Origin: Epithemia pelagica
Lineage: Eukaryota > Protista > Bacillariophyta
DNA length: 64,000 nt
Assembly (NCBI GenBank): GCA_946965045.2
Contig: OX337242.1
Span: 186,001 to 250,000, forward strand
Reading direction: 5' to 3'
Made by a program: the position numbers and the translations under genes. The notes below the pieces were generated by a model. It was not told the origin of the DNA. It saw only the letters and a program-made list of their open reading frames with translations, and ran no database searches. This document shows positions 31,964 to 45,376 of the stretch, one piece after another (the stretch's first letter is position 1; every line of letters starts with the position of its first letter).

Positions 31964-34900
31964 GCTATGAGAATTTTAACTTTTTAATAGAATTTTGAGT
32001 TTTGAACACCACGTCTACCGTATTGTCCCAATTCTTCATCTTGTCGAGAACGAGACACTTGCTTGCTTCATGATGAGGTCGTCGTTTGGGGCCCAACGTC
32101 AATCGTCAATTACATCATCGCGGCATGACATCAGACAACACATCATAATCATCCGAGAGATTCTCAACATCATATTATAACACAAGCATAATATTGTGAG
32201 GGAGTTTCTTAACTCGACGATTCACACTTCTTTCTTTTCTCTTTTAGGAATGTACTTGTATTGCCCTCATCCATCGTCTAACGCTTCGATGGTCTTGGTC
32301 GTGTGACCATGAAAAAGCTACGCGTACGAGTTACGAGTACGAGTATTGTGTACTAGCAAGTAAAATAATTATTGGAGAGCTCCATTCACACTTCTTGATC
32401 ATCTTGCAGTATTGCCCCGATCGATGCGAAGAACCAGACTCATCCGATCGTTTTGGTCTTGGACACGTAAACAGCAACTCTCAAGCGGTCATTTCAAAAC
32501 AAAGTTCTAATAAGTCTTTGAAAAATATATGTATTTGACCACCGAGAATTGTGGGAATACCTCGAAGAACCCTCCGCAAGTGGGACACAGTACACAGTCC
32601 GAGGTCCAAGCACGGGCCGATCCTCTTTTTGCTACTCGTATTTGTAGCTTGCAACGAAGATGCCATCTCTTTCAATCCAAGCGTACACAACAAACTACTC
32701 CTAAGGAAGAAGGGGTAAACAAGCCTGATTCGCTGTCAGGATTCAGGATCACACTATGGAGAACCTCCAAGATGTCATGATCGTTTGCTTGCACGAATGC
32801 ACTCCTGGAGGATGCCGTTGGTCCAGCCGCATGCCTTGCCGTCGTGTGTGTGTTTTTGAGTTGTTGTGCTTTCTCGAGAGAGAGAAATAGAAGATCCCTA
32901 TGTCGTCCGGTACTACAAGGGTGTTTGCTGCCATGGGGTTGTGTGGGGAGATTCTCCACTCTCCACACATCTTGAAGGTGTAGAATGCTAGGCTCATTCA
33001 ATGACCCGAACGGTCCATCCACAGGTCGGCCAAGTGCCGTTTCGGTCCAAGAATGCAATTCATTCGAGACGTCATTGGGGTCGATGCCGGCGGAACGAGC
33101 GTAGTCGTTGCTTTCTCGGTCGAGTCGGAGGCGATTGACCAATGCTCGTCGCCCTTGCCACCAGTGGAACGGGCGACAAACCGCGACTCTACAAAACCTA
33201 CAATGCCACGGCAAGAGTTCCGCAAAAAAGGACTCTGTGGATGTGTTCGACTGTCTTGTTCAGTTCACTGCAGTACCAGCAACTACGAAAGAGTGTTTGG
33301 TTGTTGTTTAGAACGCAAGAAGATTTCAAAATTCAAAATCCTGGAGTACGGGACCGGGGCAACGGGATTGGAACGACACTTTTCTTACCTTGTATCGGTT
33401 TACTTGAATAATATTGCGATCTATGAGGTGAACCTATCGACGTATCTTAGAGAAGAGAGAGTGTCAGTCTCTCCAGCAAGAGGGACAGTCGGTAGACAAG
33501 AATACTCATCATACTACTCGTATATCGTAAAAATATTATACTCCTCCAAGACTGTCCATTGGTTCGTAGCCAAAGAGGAGACCAGTGTGTGTGTGTACAA
33601 GACTACATGGAGCTCCGCCCCATGGGAGAGGTTGAGAGAAAGCCTGGCCATTGGACTCGCAGCAGTTTTTTGTTGCGTTGCCGTTTCCTCCGAAATGCCA
33701 ATTGGGAAAACAACAACAAGCGACGACGACGAGGCGGAGGAAACGGCAAAGAAACTGAAACAGCAGCAATCTCTCAACGTTGCTGTTGCTGTTTCTGTTT
33801 CGTTGCAGCTTCCTCCGCCTCGTACGGGGGTTGTTCACGGATATACAAGGTGTATGGGTTCCTGGCCGATTGGAACGGAACTTCCAAAACCATTGTGCAA
33901 CGTGAAATAGAAAAGGGGATCCGAAACTCGCGCGCAAAAAGGATCCACTGGTGGGAGCCGAACGGGCCGAACAGGAGAAGGAACTGTGTTAGCTACCTAG
34001 CCCCGTACGTTTGCTCGAGAGACGTGTGTTTGTCAAAGGCGCTCCCGAGGCACTTGGTGGTACGGCCTTGTTCAAATTCAGAGTCCGGATGTGCACGATG
34101 GAAACCGCAAAGAAAAAAGGACTTGGCATTAGAGAACACGAGCGGTCCGATAGAGTCCTATACCCCTACCATCCATCCTTTGTTGTACCATGTCTCTTTC
34201 CAAGGTGCTGTCGTACGGCCGCATGAGCCAACGGGCTTTCCCACAATTGTCACCGGGAGGAGAGACGACGTTTGCTCGTCGTGTTGGCCTATATGGCGGT
34301 GCAAATCCACCGCAATCGCCGGATTCGTACTTGCTGGTAATGAGAAGCACAGGGAATCAGCAATAATTTAACCCCCTGGAGCAGTCATGAGCTTTGGAGT
34401 ATGACACTGTGCGCATGCAGAAATTTTGGGAAATGTAAAGACACAACACTTTCTTCCAACAAAGAAACTGTTTCCTTTACATTTTCCAAAATTTCCGCAT
34501 ACGCCGCGCCGCCGGACAGAGTGCAACAAGTTCCGCTTTTGCGCGTTCAAATGTTTTCACGTCCAGCCTTTGGCCAATGATCCACCCACACCACACCAGG
34601 CCAGTCAAGAGGAGGAACACACTACGGTGATGGAGATTCTTCCAGGTATGGCACAAACTCAGGCTGACTGTTGGAGATTGCTCGACAAGGATCAATCGAT
34701 ATCCTCCTGTCCATCCAGTGGATCGGGGCGGACGCCCGTGGTGATGCCATGTTTAGCGCAGGTCGAGGATCGCGATTCCTTCGAAACAAATCGTGAGAGA
34801 AGAATTGTCTCGATTTGCCAAACTAGACGCTTTCGGTATAGAAAGAATGAGATGCAATGACAAGACGTGCTCGTATTCACATGGCGAATTATTTCTGAGG

Positions 34901-35719
34901 GACTTGGTATCACTCAAAGAGCATCAAGAGAAGAGTCATGGATATGTAGGTGTAACAGGTCAACAGTTGGACACAGTTCGCTTGCGCAGCTCTTTTATAC
35001 AGAGGAGAGGAAATGGCTGGCTGTGGGTGCATCCGTCATTGTCTGCCCATGGCGTTACCGGTGATTCTCGTTCAACATATGACTAAGAGAGCTCGAGTCC
35101 ACTCGAGACCAAGGATCGTCTGGCTGTGGCGATACCAATCCTCTGGTTGCTTGGACAGAGAGAGAGAGAGAGAAGTACACCAGCAAACGATGGAATGTGC
35201 GCTGCTTCTCGGCTATGGCCTGTGACCTCCAAGACTCCATGTCATCGTGTCGGGTCGATTGCTGGGGGGCGTAGTCCCGCGCTAAAGTCAACGGTGGTGG
35301 TTGAGTCAAGTCAATACACATGTGCATCGGCCCGTAAGTCAAGAAGTCGTTCCTTTGGGATGGCTGGATGATGTCGCGCGTCAAGGAGCTTTGTCATAGA
35401 TTCTATGATACGAGGATGAAAGTGATCCCTTATCCTGATCGTAAGAGTCCGCGTCACGAAACAGACGGATCTGTCTCTTGGGAACAGAAGCAGGCTTCAA
35501 TAAGAGTAGGTCATCTTTAGCTAGCTCATCGTTTGTTGTTCACGTACTCGTAGACTATGCGAGTCTTCCTGGAGGAGGAACGGGATCGACAAAAGTCTTC
35601 CTGCGCGCCTGCCGATGTTGCACGGTTCCTTCATTTTCTTCTCATAATTTCTCGTCCGCTTTGGAAGCTCCATTGCTCAAACCAAGCACTCAAAGTCTTC
35701 TTCCTTTCCTGTCTTGCCG

Positions 35720-36412
35720 ATGGCATGTCCAAGTCGTCTTTCAAACGTTGACGACGAACGAAATTGCTGTGTTTACGACAAACGCCCTCGCCTTGTTACC
35801 CAAGGTAAGCTGAAACACAACAGGAGACTTCAAATCGATCGTTTCCTTCCAACGTTCCTTTTCATCAATCAAGCTCACCGCGATATCTGTGCTTCCTACA
35901 GAATAACAACCATAGGCCGTCCGAACACCATACGTCTTTTCAGAGAGACAATTTCCATCATGGAGGCTGATAGAATTACTACTGTAGTAAGAACTCGCAT
36001 GTTCAGTGAGGCGGATGCCGTTGGGGCGCTTCTCGACCGGGGCCGAGAATTGGAACACGAAGAAATCAGGCGGGACGCCATGTTTGTGGCCAATCTTGCA
36101 AATCTGCAGCATGCTTTTCTCGTACCTGTACTAGACATGAAACTCAGGCACACTTCTGCCAGGTTTCAAGCCGGCGTTGCTAGGCGTATTGAAATACGCA
36201 CGTCGTGGAAAGACGGTTGCCGTGATCGACTTCGGAATTGTATCCGTCACTACGAATTGCTGAGACGAACGCATCACGAATTGACCTTCCATTTTGCCCG
36301 ATCGGCCGCGGTCGAAGCTGCCGAAGAAGCGGAAGAAGAACAAGAAGAGACTGCTGCTCCCGTGGCTGCTCCTGAAGATGATGATGAAGAACAAGAAGCC
36401 GTAGCTTCCTAA
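35720..36412 (+). CDS. Hypothetical helical protein with acidic tail
   Basis: About 230-aa ORF with globular-like composition ending EAAEEAEEEQEETAAPVAAPEDDDEEQEAVAS; no family recognised. Confidence 0.6.
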   Translation: MACPSRLSNVDDERNCCVYDKRPRLVTQGKLKHNRRLQIDRFLPTFLFINQAHRDICASYRITTIGRPNTIRLFRETISIMEADRITTVVRTRMFSEADAVGALLDRGRELEHEEIRRDAMFVANLANLQHAFLVPVLDMKLRHTSARFQAGVARRIEIRTSWKDGCRDRLRNCIRHYELLRRTHHELTFHFARSAAVEAAEEAEEEQEETAAPVAAPEDDDEEQEAVAS

Positions 36413-36758
36413 GCTAGCAGCCCATTTAGTTTTCAATCAATGAAATGAAGAGTATCTACTTTTCTTCTTCTATTTTGGCAGTCGTCACGTTGTCCAGTAG
36501 TACTTCCATCCACAGGGACGAAGAAGCATCCGCTCTCACGGCGACATCTACCGATGCGGTGTCAAGTACCACCCATCCCAAGGACCTGCAGTAACCACTG
36601 TCCCAACCCAAACCGCGGCCGTCACCACCACCACCACCACCACAGCCACCAGCTGAATCGTGCAAGACCAGGTGTCTGACAGTAAACCATCACCACCACC
36701 GCCATCAGAGTCAAAATCACCAAACCTATTCGACTCATAGTTTCTCCTTTGTTCTCCG

Positions 36759-37810
36759 TTAGTTCGCTGTGAACGCTTCCATAAATTCTCCCTTGTCGAC
36801 AATATGTTTTCCCAAGAAAAAGCATAGGAACAAAACCAAAAATAAGAAGCATATGAACAAAAACAAAGAACAAATCCAAATCAAGAGTTGGCATAAAAAC
36901 CAACCATGTGTGTAAAGAACGATTGACCCAACCACAACCACCAAAAGTTGTTCCAGGAGTGGTTTCAGGACCTCCCAAACTTCTTCCCATGTACCTTCCA
37001 CCACATCATTTCGTTCGGACTGGATACCGCCCAGAAACCGTAGCGCTCGTACCACCCACCCGAGAACGCCCTTCTGTATCAATGTCTTCAAGTCCCGCAC
37101 AGTCTTTCTCCATGTCGGACTCGCCGACATAAACTCATAGAGCTCTTTTGTGTCTGCCGTAGGATCCTTAAGATTACGCAGTGTCTGTCGCCACTGATCC
37201 ATCGCAGCCACGTTCACAGGACCAGTCGTATCACACTGGACAGGGAACTCTTCCATCAAAGTCAGTGCTACAGTCCAGTGATGCTTCATCCCTTGTCCAA
37301 TCTCCAATCTTGTCTTTTGGTGTTCCGATTCCTGCAGAGTTCTCATGTTCCTGCTGTCTCGTTCAAGGTTTTCTGCAACTCTGATAGGGCAGACATCGTT
37401 TCAGTCATTCTGGAAAGTGGACGTTCGAGCTTTTGAACGATGAAATCCGTGGTAGTTTGTCGTTCACGGAAACGACGATCCATGTCGGTGAGTGTGGAAT
37501 GAGTCTTGTTCCATTCCGATGCAAGCGTGGTCTCCCAACGAGCTGCAGTGGAAGCCTCCATTTTCTTGACCTGCCACTCAAGCCCTTGCACTGCAGTAAC
37601 GAGGTCATGCAGCGTTGCTTCATGCTGTGTTATTGTGGACAGTGTCGTGTGCCGTTCGGACTGAAGCAGTTTCTCCCAGGAAGCAGCCAATGACTCGGTC
37701 CGAACATTGGCGCGTTCTTCCATCGTCTCCAAGTATCCCTGCAGTCGGTGTGTCCTTGCAGCAGACCTGTCATCGAGTCTTGTTTCTATAAAAGAATCGA
37801 AACGCCACAC
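36759..37810 (-). CDS. Coiled-coil protein with a C-terminal hydrophobic/TM segment; one apparent frameshift at about 37345; 5' end unresolved
   Basis: ORFs 37343..37810 and 36759..37346 overlap by ATGA; one extra A gives ...NETAGNMRTLQESE.... Hydrophobic tail LLVVVVGSIVLY...FLFICFLFLVLFLCFFLG. Confidence 0.55.
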
Positions 37811-38567
37811 TGGAGCAACAACAGCCTAGCCAATATCCAAATCAAGGCCTTGTAATGACCCTGTACTTTAAGGGGCCTGGAACTACTAGATGTCTTGTGG
37901 GGTCCGTCCAAGAGGATCAAGGGATCTCGATGAACGGCGAGCAATCCATTTCATACATGGTTTCGGTTTGTTGTTTGGTGGTCGCATCGGGATCATCCGC
38001 CAACCACACTGACTTTTTTGGCTGCGGCTGTCGTTTGCCTTGAGGATTTGAGTGAAGCATGATACAAAATTGGGTCTTGACGGACTGTAGGATGGAAGCT
38101 GCCAACGACTGTTGGGGATCGTGCTTGTAGTAGCTCGGATCAGGTTCCCCGCAAAACAAAATCATCACGGTCCAGTGTGCTGTTGGGCAAGGGACTATGC
38201 TACACCAACTCTGCATCTTTCGAGAGGGGGGTTGGCGTTCTGCTCCTGTGGTATTCCGGAATGCGTCGGCACACGCAATGGCAGTCACAAACGGAAAACG
38301 TCCATGGACAGTCACGACTGTGACGGGCTGCCATACGGATTCTTCATTGTCGCTTCATTCGATGTGGAGCTGGTGGATTCTATCGGAGGATGCATGCATT
38401 TGGTGAACCATGCCAAGGATTTCTTCCTCACCAGTGAGTGAGTGGTGCAACATTGAGAGCCGAAAAGCAACGAATACGGAACCACGACAAGTCTTGACGC
38501 GCAATAAGTGCGTGACCAAAGAAACGATCCCAGAGAAAACAGCGCCATATAGACGATGATGATGCCC

Positions 38568-39218
38568 TCATCCTTGACACAATAATTTACAGAGCTCATT
38601 TTCGGGGCTCTTGCGCGATCGAACCGCTTGGATGAAAGTACCGCTCTGCGAAATCTTGGTTGTGGTGTTCACGTAGGTGCACAAAAGTGAGAGCATGCTC
38701 TGGTGTACAGCCTTGAGCACGAAGCATAGGTCCCAGTGAACCGGTGAAGTTATTCCATTCCAAACCGAGAAGAGAGAGGCTTTTAGAGGCTTTACGCTTG
38801 ACCGTAAGGTTCCGCAACAGCTCATCTCCTTGTTGTCATGCGTTTTCGCTTGGAACAAGGAGATTTTGTGGATCCTGCTGAACTTGGAGGAGGTGGCACC
38901 AACCTCCACATGGCGCGCGCATGACATTCTCCACGGCGGACCAAGTGCCTTAGATCGGCAGTGCCACAAAATGTCTGTGTCGAACGTCTCCCTGTGTTTC
39001 TTGGATGAATCCTCTTTTTGGTAGCCCTCAACATGTCTTTTTCCGAAACGCACTCGTTTTTGCGGGAAACAAATGGTGGTGGAGTCTACGGAAGCGCAAG
39101 TCTTTCTCCAGTCACCAAATTTGTGTGCATGGCTCGTGTCTTGTGTTCTATTGTATTGAAAATATGAGAAGAATGTCCCCAAACTTTGGCGGTCGCAGAC
39201 GACTCGTGACACTTCCAT
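38568..39218 (-). pseudogene. Possible eroded VxF...W...GLE-type gene
   Basis: KRVRF and DILWH in one frame, SLLGLEW in another frame downstream; weak, read by eye. Confidence 0.25.
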
Positions 39219-39486
39219 AGAGGGCCTAATTCATGGTCTATTGCCTCGCTCGCAGCGATATGCAAAAAGACGACTGACCATATATAACGCCTTCTCACAA
39301 TTTGGTGAGTGCAAAGGACTCCGAGGCAGGTCCACACGACTAATGGATTGTCTCTCGAGAGAGAAGAAATGAACTATAATAGAACGACAAGAACAAACAA
39401 ATCATTCATTCTCCTTTACTACTACTCTCGAGAGACCAAGACGAAGCAACAAACGGACTCTGGAACGACCAACACCCCCGTGGACC

Positions 39487-41679
39487 ATGTATGTGCCCTA
39501 CCACCCACCCGACCCCAACGACGACCCCAACGACGAACAACTCCACCATACGCACCAAGACGACGACGACGATGAGGAATCCACCTGTTTGGCACTGTCC
39601 CATGTGTCGGATCCCACCGTATCACCCCGCAGTGGATTTACGAGTACCGTGTTGCTCTCCCACCACCAGGATCCTGGCTTCAGTCCCACCAGTACGACCA
39701 GTCCCTTGCCCCAAATGCTCTATTTGTCGAGCAGTGGCAGTAGTAGCGGCAGCACCGCAACACCACCTCCTCTGGTAATTGCCGCAACCACCACCACAAG
39801 TGCTAATACGACACCCGTCGTGACTCGTTACCATGCGGCGTCCGCCGCCTTTTACAATCCTCCCAACACCAGTGGCAAGGAGGAGGATGATTCCAGTACA
39901 CAAGGGGTCTGGAATGATATCCAAAATGACCAGGAGGACAATGAAGATGACGACCATGCCGATGAAACTGACAGCTTGCTTCGCAGTAGCAGCAGTGACA
40001 ATTCCTCCTTGTCATCATCGTCCTCGTCTGGTTCCTTGGAGTCCTACAGTCGTAGCAGTTCCTCCCAGGACAGTGACAAAGATTCCTCCTATGACAGTGA
40101 CAGCTATTATAGTCGCAGTGGCAGCAGTTATACGGCCAGTGACGATGACGACGACTCGTGCAGTTACCATACAGGCATGAGTCGCAGTACGGGTGCTACT
40201 TCGTCGCAGTGGTATTCCAAGAACAGCCACGGCAATGACGAGGATGACGACGATGAAGAATCGTCCATCTTGTCCGAACAAGCTCAACGGACCATGGCCC
40301 TCGATGTTGCGGCCGCCTTGGAACGGTTGCGATGGCGACGGACGCAACAGCCACCGGCACCACCAACGGACAACACTACAGGTAAGGATTTCAATCCAGA
40401 CAAGACTGATCCACCCGAAGACAAGGACAGTCTTGCCGAGACCCACAAGCAAGAACAACCACCACAACCACAAGACGCCACGTCGTCCCCAACAGGACCA
40501 CGACGACGATGGTGGTTCCAACCGAAGCATTCGCCGTCTCGTATTAGTACGATGGATTACAAAACTCTGCAGCAGCAGCAGCATCACTTGTATCACCAAC
40601 CCGATGCCGTGGCTCGACCCCGCAGTGGAGGTTGTGTCTTTTGGTTTGTCCCATCCGAAGACGAAGGAGTAGGAGTGGGTCTGTGTGGCGGCAATTTGGC
40701 ACGCGTCGACTCCCCGGGCCCCACCACCCACTGGTGGACCGATCCGAAACATGACGACATCACCCCCAAACGAACCAAGTCTCGAAACGACGACCAGAAT
40801 TCACACAATTCCATGACTGCGGCGTTGGAAACCATTCCATCCTTGTCCCGGTCTTCTACATCTTCGGACGCGACCAGTCGTGCCCCGAGTATCCTCGACC
40901 TGCCCGAAACACTGGCCCCCCAACAACAACCAAACCAACCAAATCCGGAAACCACAACAACAACAACACCATCATCCTCCAGCCCCATCCTGAGACGGTC
41001 CAATCCCTTGTCGGCAAGTGGGAGTATTTCCACAGCAGGGGAGGATTCCTGTTCCACACCCACAACTAGCCCTACAAATACAAATCAGCAGCATCGTCCG
41101 GCCTGGATGCGAGACTTGTTGGCTCCGGCTCCCATGGCCCGACGACAACGAACTGCTCATGTGGTGGTTTCTCCCCAAGCAGCAGCAGTATTGTCACCCA
41201 CACGGTCCTCTCCCTCTCCAACCAAGCAACAAGAACAAGAAGAGCAAGAACAAGAACAACAACAACGTCCCTGTCCGTCGCCCTATCCCATGGATGAACG
41301 AACCGTCTCAGGTTCTCCTCGAAAGGACGAAGCGTCTTATTCCTTTGCTCTGTCACGATATCAGGAACACGAAGAGGTATCCTCCTTGGATGGGCCTCGT
41401 CGCAGTCCAATGGCCCGATTCCGACTCGACGACAACGACAATGAAACGAACAACCAGAACAAGAACCAGCACAACCCCACGAACCTGCGGTCGCGTCTCC
41501 AACAAACAAGAAGAACATCAACAAAAAACAGCACCTCCACGACCAACCAGAACAAGGACAAGAAGGACGACGATTCAGATTACCCGTCCGATGAAGAAAT
41601 GGATCATTCCGATATTGAAGCCGTCTTGACTTACGGTCACAATGAACTGTTGTCGGCCGTGGTGGTGCACAACCATTAA
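39487..41679 (+). CDS. Ser/Thr/Asp-rich disordered protein (730 aa)
   Basis: Long ATG ORF with low-complexity runs and a short hydrophobic island GGCVFWFVPSEDEGVGVGLCGG. Confidence 0.85.
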   Translation: MYVPYHPPDPNDDPNDEQLHHTHQDDDDDEESTCLALSHVSDPTVSPRSGFTSTVLLSHHQDPGFSPTSTTSPLPQMLYLSSSGSSSGSTATPPPLVIAATTTTSANTTPVVTRYHAASAAFYNPPNTSGKEEDDSSTQGVWNDIQNDQEDNEDDDHADETDSLLRSSSSDNSSLSSSSSSGSLESYSRSSSSQDSDKDSSYDSDSYYSRSGSSYTASDDDDDSCSYHTGMSRSTGATSSQWYSKNSHGNDEDDDDEESSILSEQAQRTMALDVAAALERLRWRRTQQPPAPPTDNTTGKDFNPDKTDPPEDKDSLAETHKQEQPPQPQDATSSPTGPRRRWWFQPKHSPSRISTMDYKTLQQQQHHLYHQPDAVARPRSGGCVFWFVPSEDEGVGVGLCGGNLARVDSPGPTTHWWTDPKHDDITPKRTKSRNDDQNSHNSMTAALETIPSLSRSSTSSDATSRAPSILDLPETLAPQQQPNQPNPETTTTTTPSSSSPILRRSNPLSASGSISTAGEDSCSTPTTSPTNTNQQHRPAWMRDLLAPAPMARRQRTAHVVVSPQAAAVLSPTRSSPSPTKQQEQEEQEQEQQQRPCPSPYPMDERTVSGSPRKDEASYSFALSRYQEHEEVSSLDGPRRSPMARFRLDDNDNETNNQNKNQHNPTNLRSRLQQTRRTSTKNSTSTTNQNKDKKDDDSDYPSDEEMDHSDIEAVLTYGHNELLSAVVVHNH

Positions 41680-42461
41680 TCACACTACTAGAACTGCCGT
41701 CTGTTGACGAGTATTCCTTCTTCTATTACCTTAGATAGGTGTATAGGGACGATGAGTGATGAGTGTGACGCATTCCAATGGGGGTACTCGCCATTCTAGT
41801 AATGAAACTATTACCGTAATAGAATGATTCTATCTAGTTCGGTCTGTCGTACAAAAGGCCACTGTTGGGAGTATGTAAAGAAACAGAAGTCCAAGAGTGT
41901 GACCCATTCCTCCATGACATCTTCTCCGCAGCCCCAAGAGTTGGGGTTACATTCCGATCCATGATCCTGGAGCTGGGTAGCGAGATAAACATGATGCGCA
42001 GTGTCCTGTTTCGTCGTGTCGCGCATTGTTGACTGGAGCTGGAGCGCGCACAGATGCGAAACAGATTCCCCGCTCGCCAACCTCCGTCCGTCGTCAGCAC
42101 GCGCGACAGGCTCACCGGAGAAATGAGGTTCGGGTTTTCTTGTGCTCTACTGATTCATTCGTACTAAAAAATCGGCGGATCCGGAATATCCGTTGAATCG
42201 CGCCAGTCGGAGAGTCCCTTAGTTTATTCCTAACCGTAACGGGTAACTTTCAAACTAGCGACGAACCTACTTAGACGATTGGCGGTAGTGTGACCCGCCA
42301 ATGGCGATTCGTTACAGCACGTTCTCGTCTCACCAAGAGACAGAACGATCCAAGAGCCAGTCGCTCATTGGAGACAAGGTTCGCCATTCGTCGTCGCGTA
42401 CAGCACACACTGTCGTCTCATTTTTTGGACGCCGCCACATACAACCACACACCACCACACC

Positions 42462-44288
42462 ATGATTGTTCATCTTCCACCGCCACCACCGCCTCCACCG
42501 CCTCCACCATCGTCCGTACTGTTGACGCGACGACCAGCCAGTGATCCACCGGAGGAACAGCATCATCATCATGGCATTATCGGCATGGTCGATTCGATTG
42601 ATACCAAGGATTTATTGGTGGAACCCATGCATTCGGCGTCCGTCCTCTTGTTGTCGGGAGAGCAGAATAATGGCGCCAAACAACAACCACAACAGCCCAT
42701 GACGTTGAAACCCTCCATGTCCTCCTCGTCGTCCTTTTCCAACATGTTTCGCACCAATACCACCAGCGATGAAGAGGAACAACAACAACAACAAGATCCT
42801 CACATGACGATGATGATGGAAGATCCACCCGCGGAGGATCGGCGCCACCACCACAATCATAACAACAACAACAGTTTCTCCATGGACCCGGTTGCCGCTC
42901 ACGCCGCTGTCGTGGAGCTGGAACCTGAAGAAAAAGAAGAACAGCATATCCCTGCAAAAAGTTTTGCGACCGAAACAACAGCCACCTCCCATACGAGCAG
43001 CAGTAATAGTACCACGTCCTCCTCCTCCTCTTCCCCCGAGTCTCACCACCAAGGAGAAACGCCCGTTGTGGCTGCTCCAGCAACGACCACTACCACAACA
43101 ACAACGCTTCACTATCTATCTCAAGGTACTGGACCACAAGGACACAAAACGGTACGACATCGGGTCCACGTGACCAGTACCAGTCCCCAGTCTCAACAGC
43201 AACAATACCAATACCAACCACCACCTTATTCGGATCCTCATCATCGACCGCACACGGCCCGAACCACACGCCGTCGCAATGGTGGCGGTCGTAGTGCTGG
43301 TGACGGCGAGTATCATTCCAATTCGAATGGTCATCACTTTGGCTTTGCCAGTCCGTTTGCACGACAACGGTCGTATCATGATGATGGCAATGACGATGAA
43401 TTGCGGGATGATGATGGACCCTGGTACAACAATCCCCTGGCCGCATTCCAACAACGCTTGGCGCAACACAAGAAACGACACGACCACTACCACGACAGCG
43501 ACGACCACCATCGCTTTGCGTCGTCGCATCCACACCAACAACCCGTTCATCTCACCGCCTTGGATTTGGTGGCGTGGGTCGTGGACGGAGGCGCGGCCGA
43601 ATTATTTCAATGTGGCGCCGGTGGTGGCGATTTGGACGACGACGATCGGTACTATCGATCGCAACGACGACGACGAAGACGATCACGAAGACGATCCTCA
43701 CAAAGAAACCACAGTCGTAGCAGCAGTAGACACGGACGACGTCGACACTCTTCCTCCAAGAAAAAGAAACAACACAAGAAGAAGAAGGACCGTAAAAACA
43801 AAAAGTCCTTGGTCCGCAAAGTCAGTACCTTCTTGACCGCGTCGTCCGACGACTTTTCGTCCGATTCCTCCTCGTGTGGCTCCTCCTCCGATGACGACGA
43901 TTCCCTGTATTCGTCCTCCTCCTCCTTTTTGGACGATGACGACGACGAGTATTATTCCATGGAGGATGAGCATGATCCTCGGTACGGCGCCCACAAAGAA
44001 GACGAAGAAGAGCCCTATTATCCACTCTTGCAACACGACCAGCAACAACAACAGGCGTCTCCACCATCCATGGTGGTCATGACTCCACCATCCTCGTCGT
44101 CGTCGTTCCCACCCCAAATGGAATTGGAACTGGAAGTGCAACAACCAGACGACCACGAACATGTGATCGAGGACGACGACGCCAACCAACACGAAGAGTA
44201 CCACAAGGATGGTACCGCCACCAATCATCATCATCATCATGGCGTGGATGTGTCCAACGGAGGAGGATATATTTACTACAATGCGTGA
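42462..44288 (+). CDS. His/Asp/Arg-rich disordered protein with a basic NLS-like tract (608 aa)
   Basis: ATG ORF; RRRRRSRRRSS and KKKKQHKKKKDRKNKK tracts; island LDLVAWVVDGGAAELFQCG. Confidence 0.85.
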   Translation: MIVHLPPPPPPPPPPPSSVLLTRRPASDPPEEQHHHHGIIGMVDSIDTKDLLVEPMHSASVLLLSGEQNNGAKQQPQQPMTLKPSMSSSSSFSNMFRTNTTSDEEEQQQQQDPHMTMMMEDPPAEDRRHHHNHNNNNSFSMDPVAAHAAVVELEPEEKEEQHIPAKSFATETTATSHTSSSNSTTSSSSSSPESHHQGETPVVAAPATTTTTTTTLHYLSQGTGPQGHKTVRHRVHVTSTSPQSQQQQYQYQPPPYSDPHHRPHTARTTRRRNGGGRSAGDGEYHSNSNGHHFGFASPFARQRSYHDDGNDDELRDDDGPWYNNPLAAFQQRLAQHKKRHDHYHDSDDHHRFASSHPHQQPVHLTALDLVAWVVDGGAAELFQCGAGGGDLDDDDRYYRSQRRRRRRSRRRSSQRNHSRSSSRHGRRRHSSSKKKKQHKKKKDRKNKKSLVRKVSTFLTASSDDFSSDSSSCGSSSDDDDSLYSSSSSFLDDDDDEYYSMEDEHDPRYGAHKEDEEEPYYPLLQHDQQQQQASPPSMVVMTPPSSSSSFPPQMELELEVQQPDDHEHVIEDDDANQHEEYHKDGTATNHHHHHGVDVSNGGGYIYYNA

Positions 44289-45376
44289 GAGAACGTGAGA
44301 AAAGAAACAATAGATCGAGCGAGCGAACGAACGAACGAACGAACGAGAAAGAGAGAGAGACAGACAGATTAGAATAGCTTCCATCCTTGTGATGCCATCC
44401 AAAAAACGAACCCTACCACACAGTGCAGTGACGCAAGGCGTCACAGCAGCGCTCTCTCGTGTGGATGATAGAACAAAAATTCCACAGACTTGTGATGGAT
44501 TCTTGAGAGAAACAGAGTTTTTGGTAGACGGGGTGGAGGAGTGGTCCGCGAGAAGAAACAGACTTGGATCGGGAGAGAGGGCGCCAGTTGCCTGACTTTT
44601 TGTTCATTGTCACTCCGTAAGCTATTATTAGCAACTCTTGTACACTATGAATTCTTTTCTCCATAACTTGTATCATATTATGATGGGGCGAATAAGGAGA
44701 GAAAACTAAGGTCACACCACCTGCGTCATCGAGTGAGTTTGATTGTCTTTTGTGATATTTTGGATGGTGAAACTGTTGTCAGCCATCATACAATACAATA
44801 CAGTATGGAACCTTGCTTAGTTTTGCTCTTCATTCGATTTACTTTTGCTTGCAACAAGCTATTTCCGGTACCAATATCGTTTCAGATTTATCGGAGTAGC
44901 TGTATGTTGTTCTTGTTGGGCGACCCCTCTAGCTAGGAGTATAATATAAAAATAGGTAGAGTATTTTTATGGCGCGCGCGCGAGAAATAGGTGGCTTTTA
45001 AATGTCTCACCGGTACCCAATCGCGCACGGCGGGGCTTGCTTTCTCAAGAACATTTTTGTCGACACACATCCAAGACTTGATACCCGTTTTGGCAAACCA
45101 ATGGCGCGGTTCGCCATCTTCTCTACCGTCCATGTCTGACACATGCGTTGGTATAAATCTGAAGAACACTGGTGGATTGAAACAAGAGAGTGCGATTTCG
45201 AGAGGAAAAATGCCCAACAAGACGACAAAAAGTTGCGCACGACTTGCACAAATCTCACAATTCCAGAGGTCATCTCTATATACGGTGACACACACACACG
45301 CACATCTCCAGGCTCTTCTCCTGAATTTTCTGCCTCGGTGAGATCATTTCCGTGCTCTTGTTGGTGTGGTCGAATC

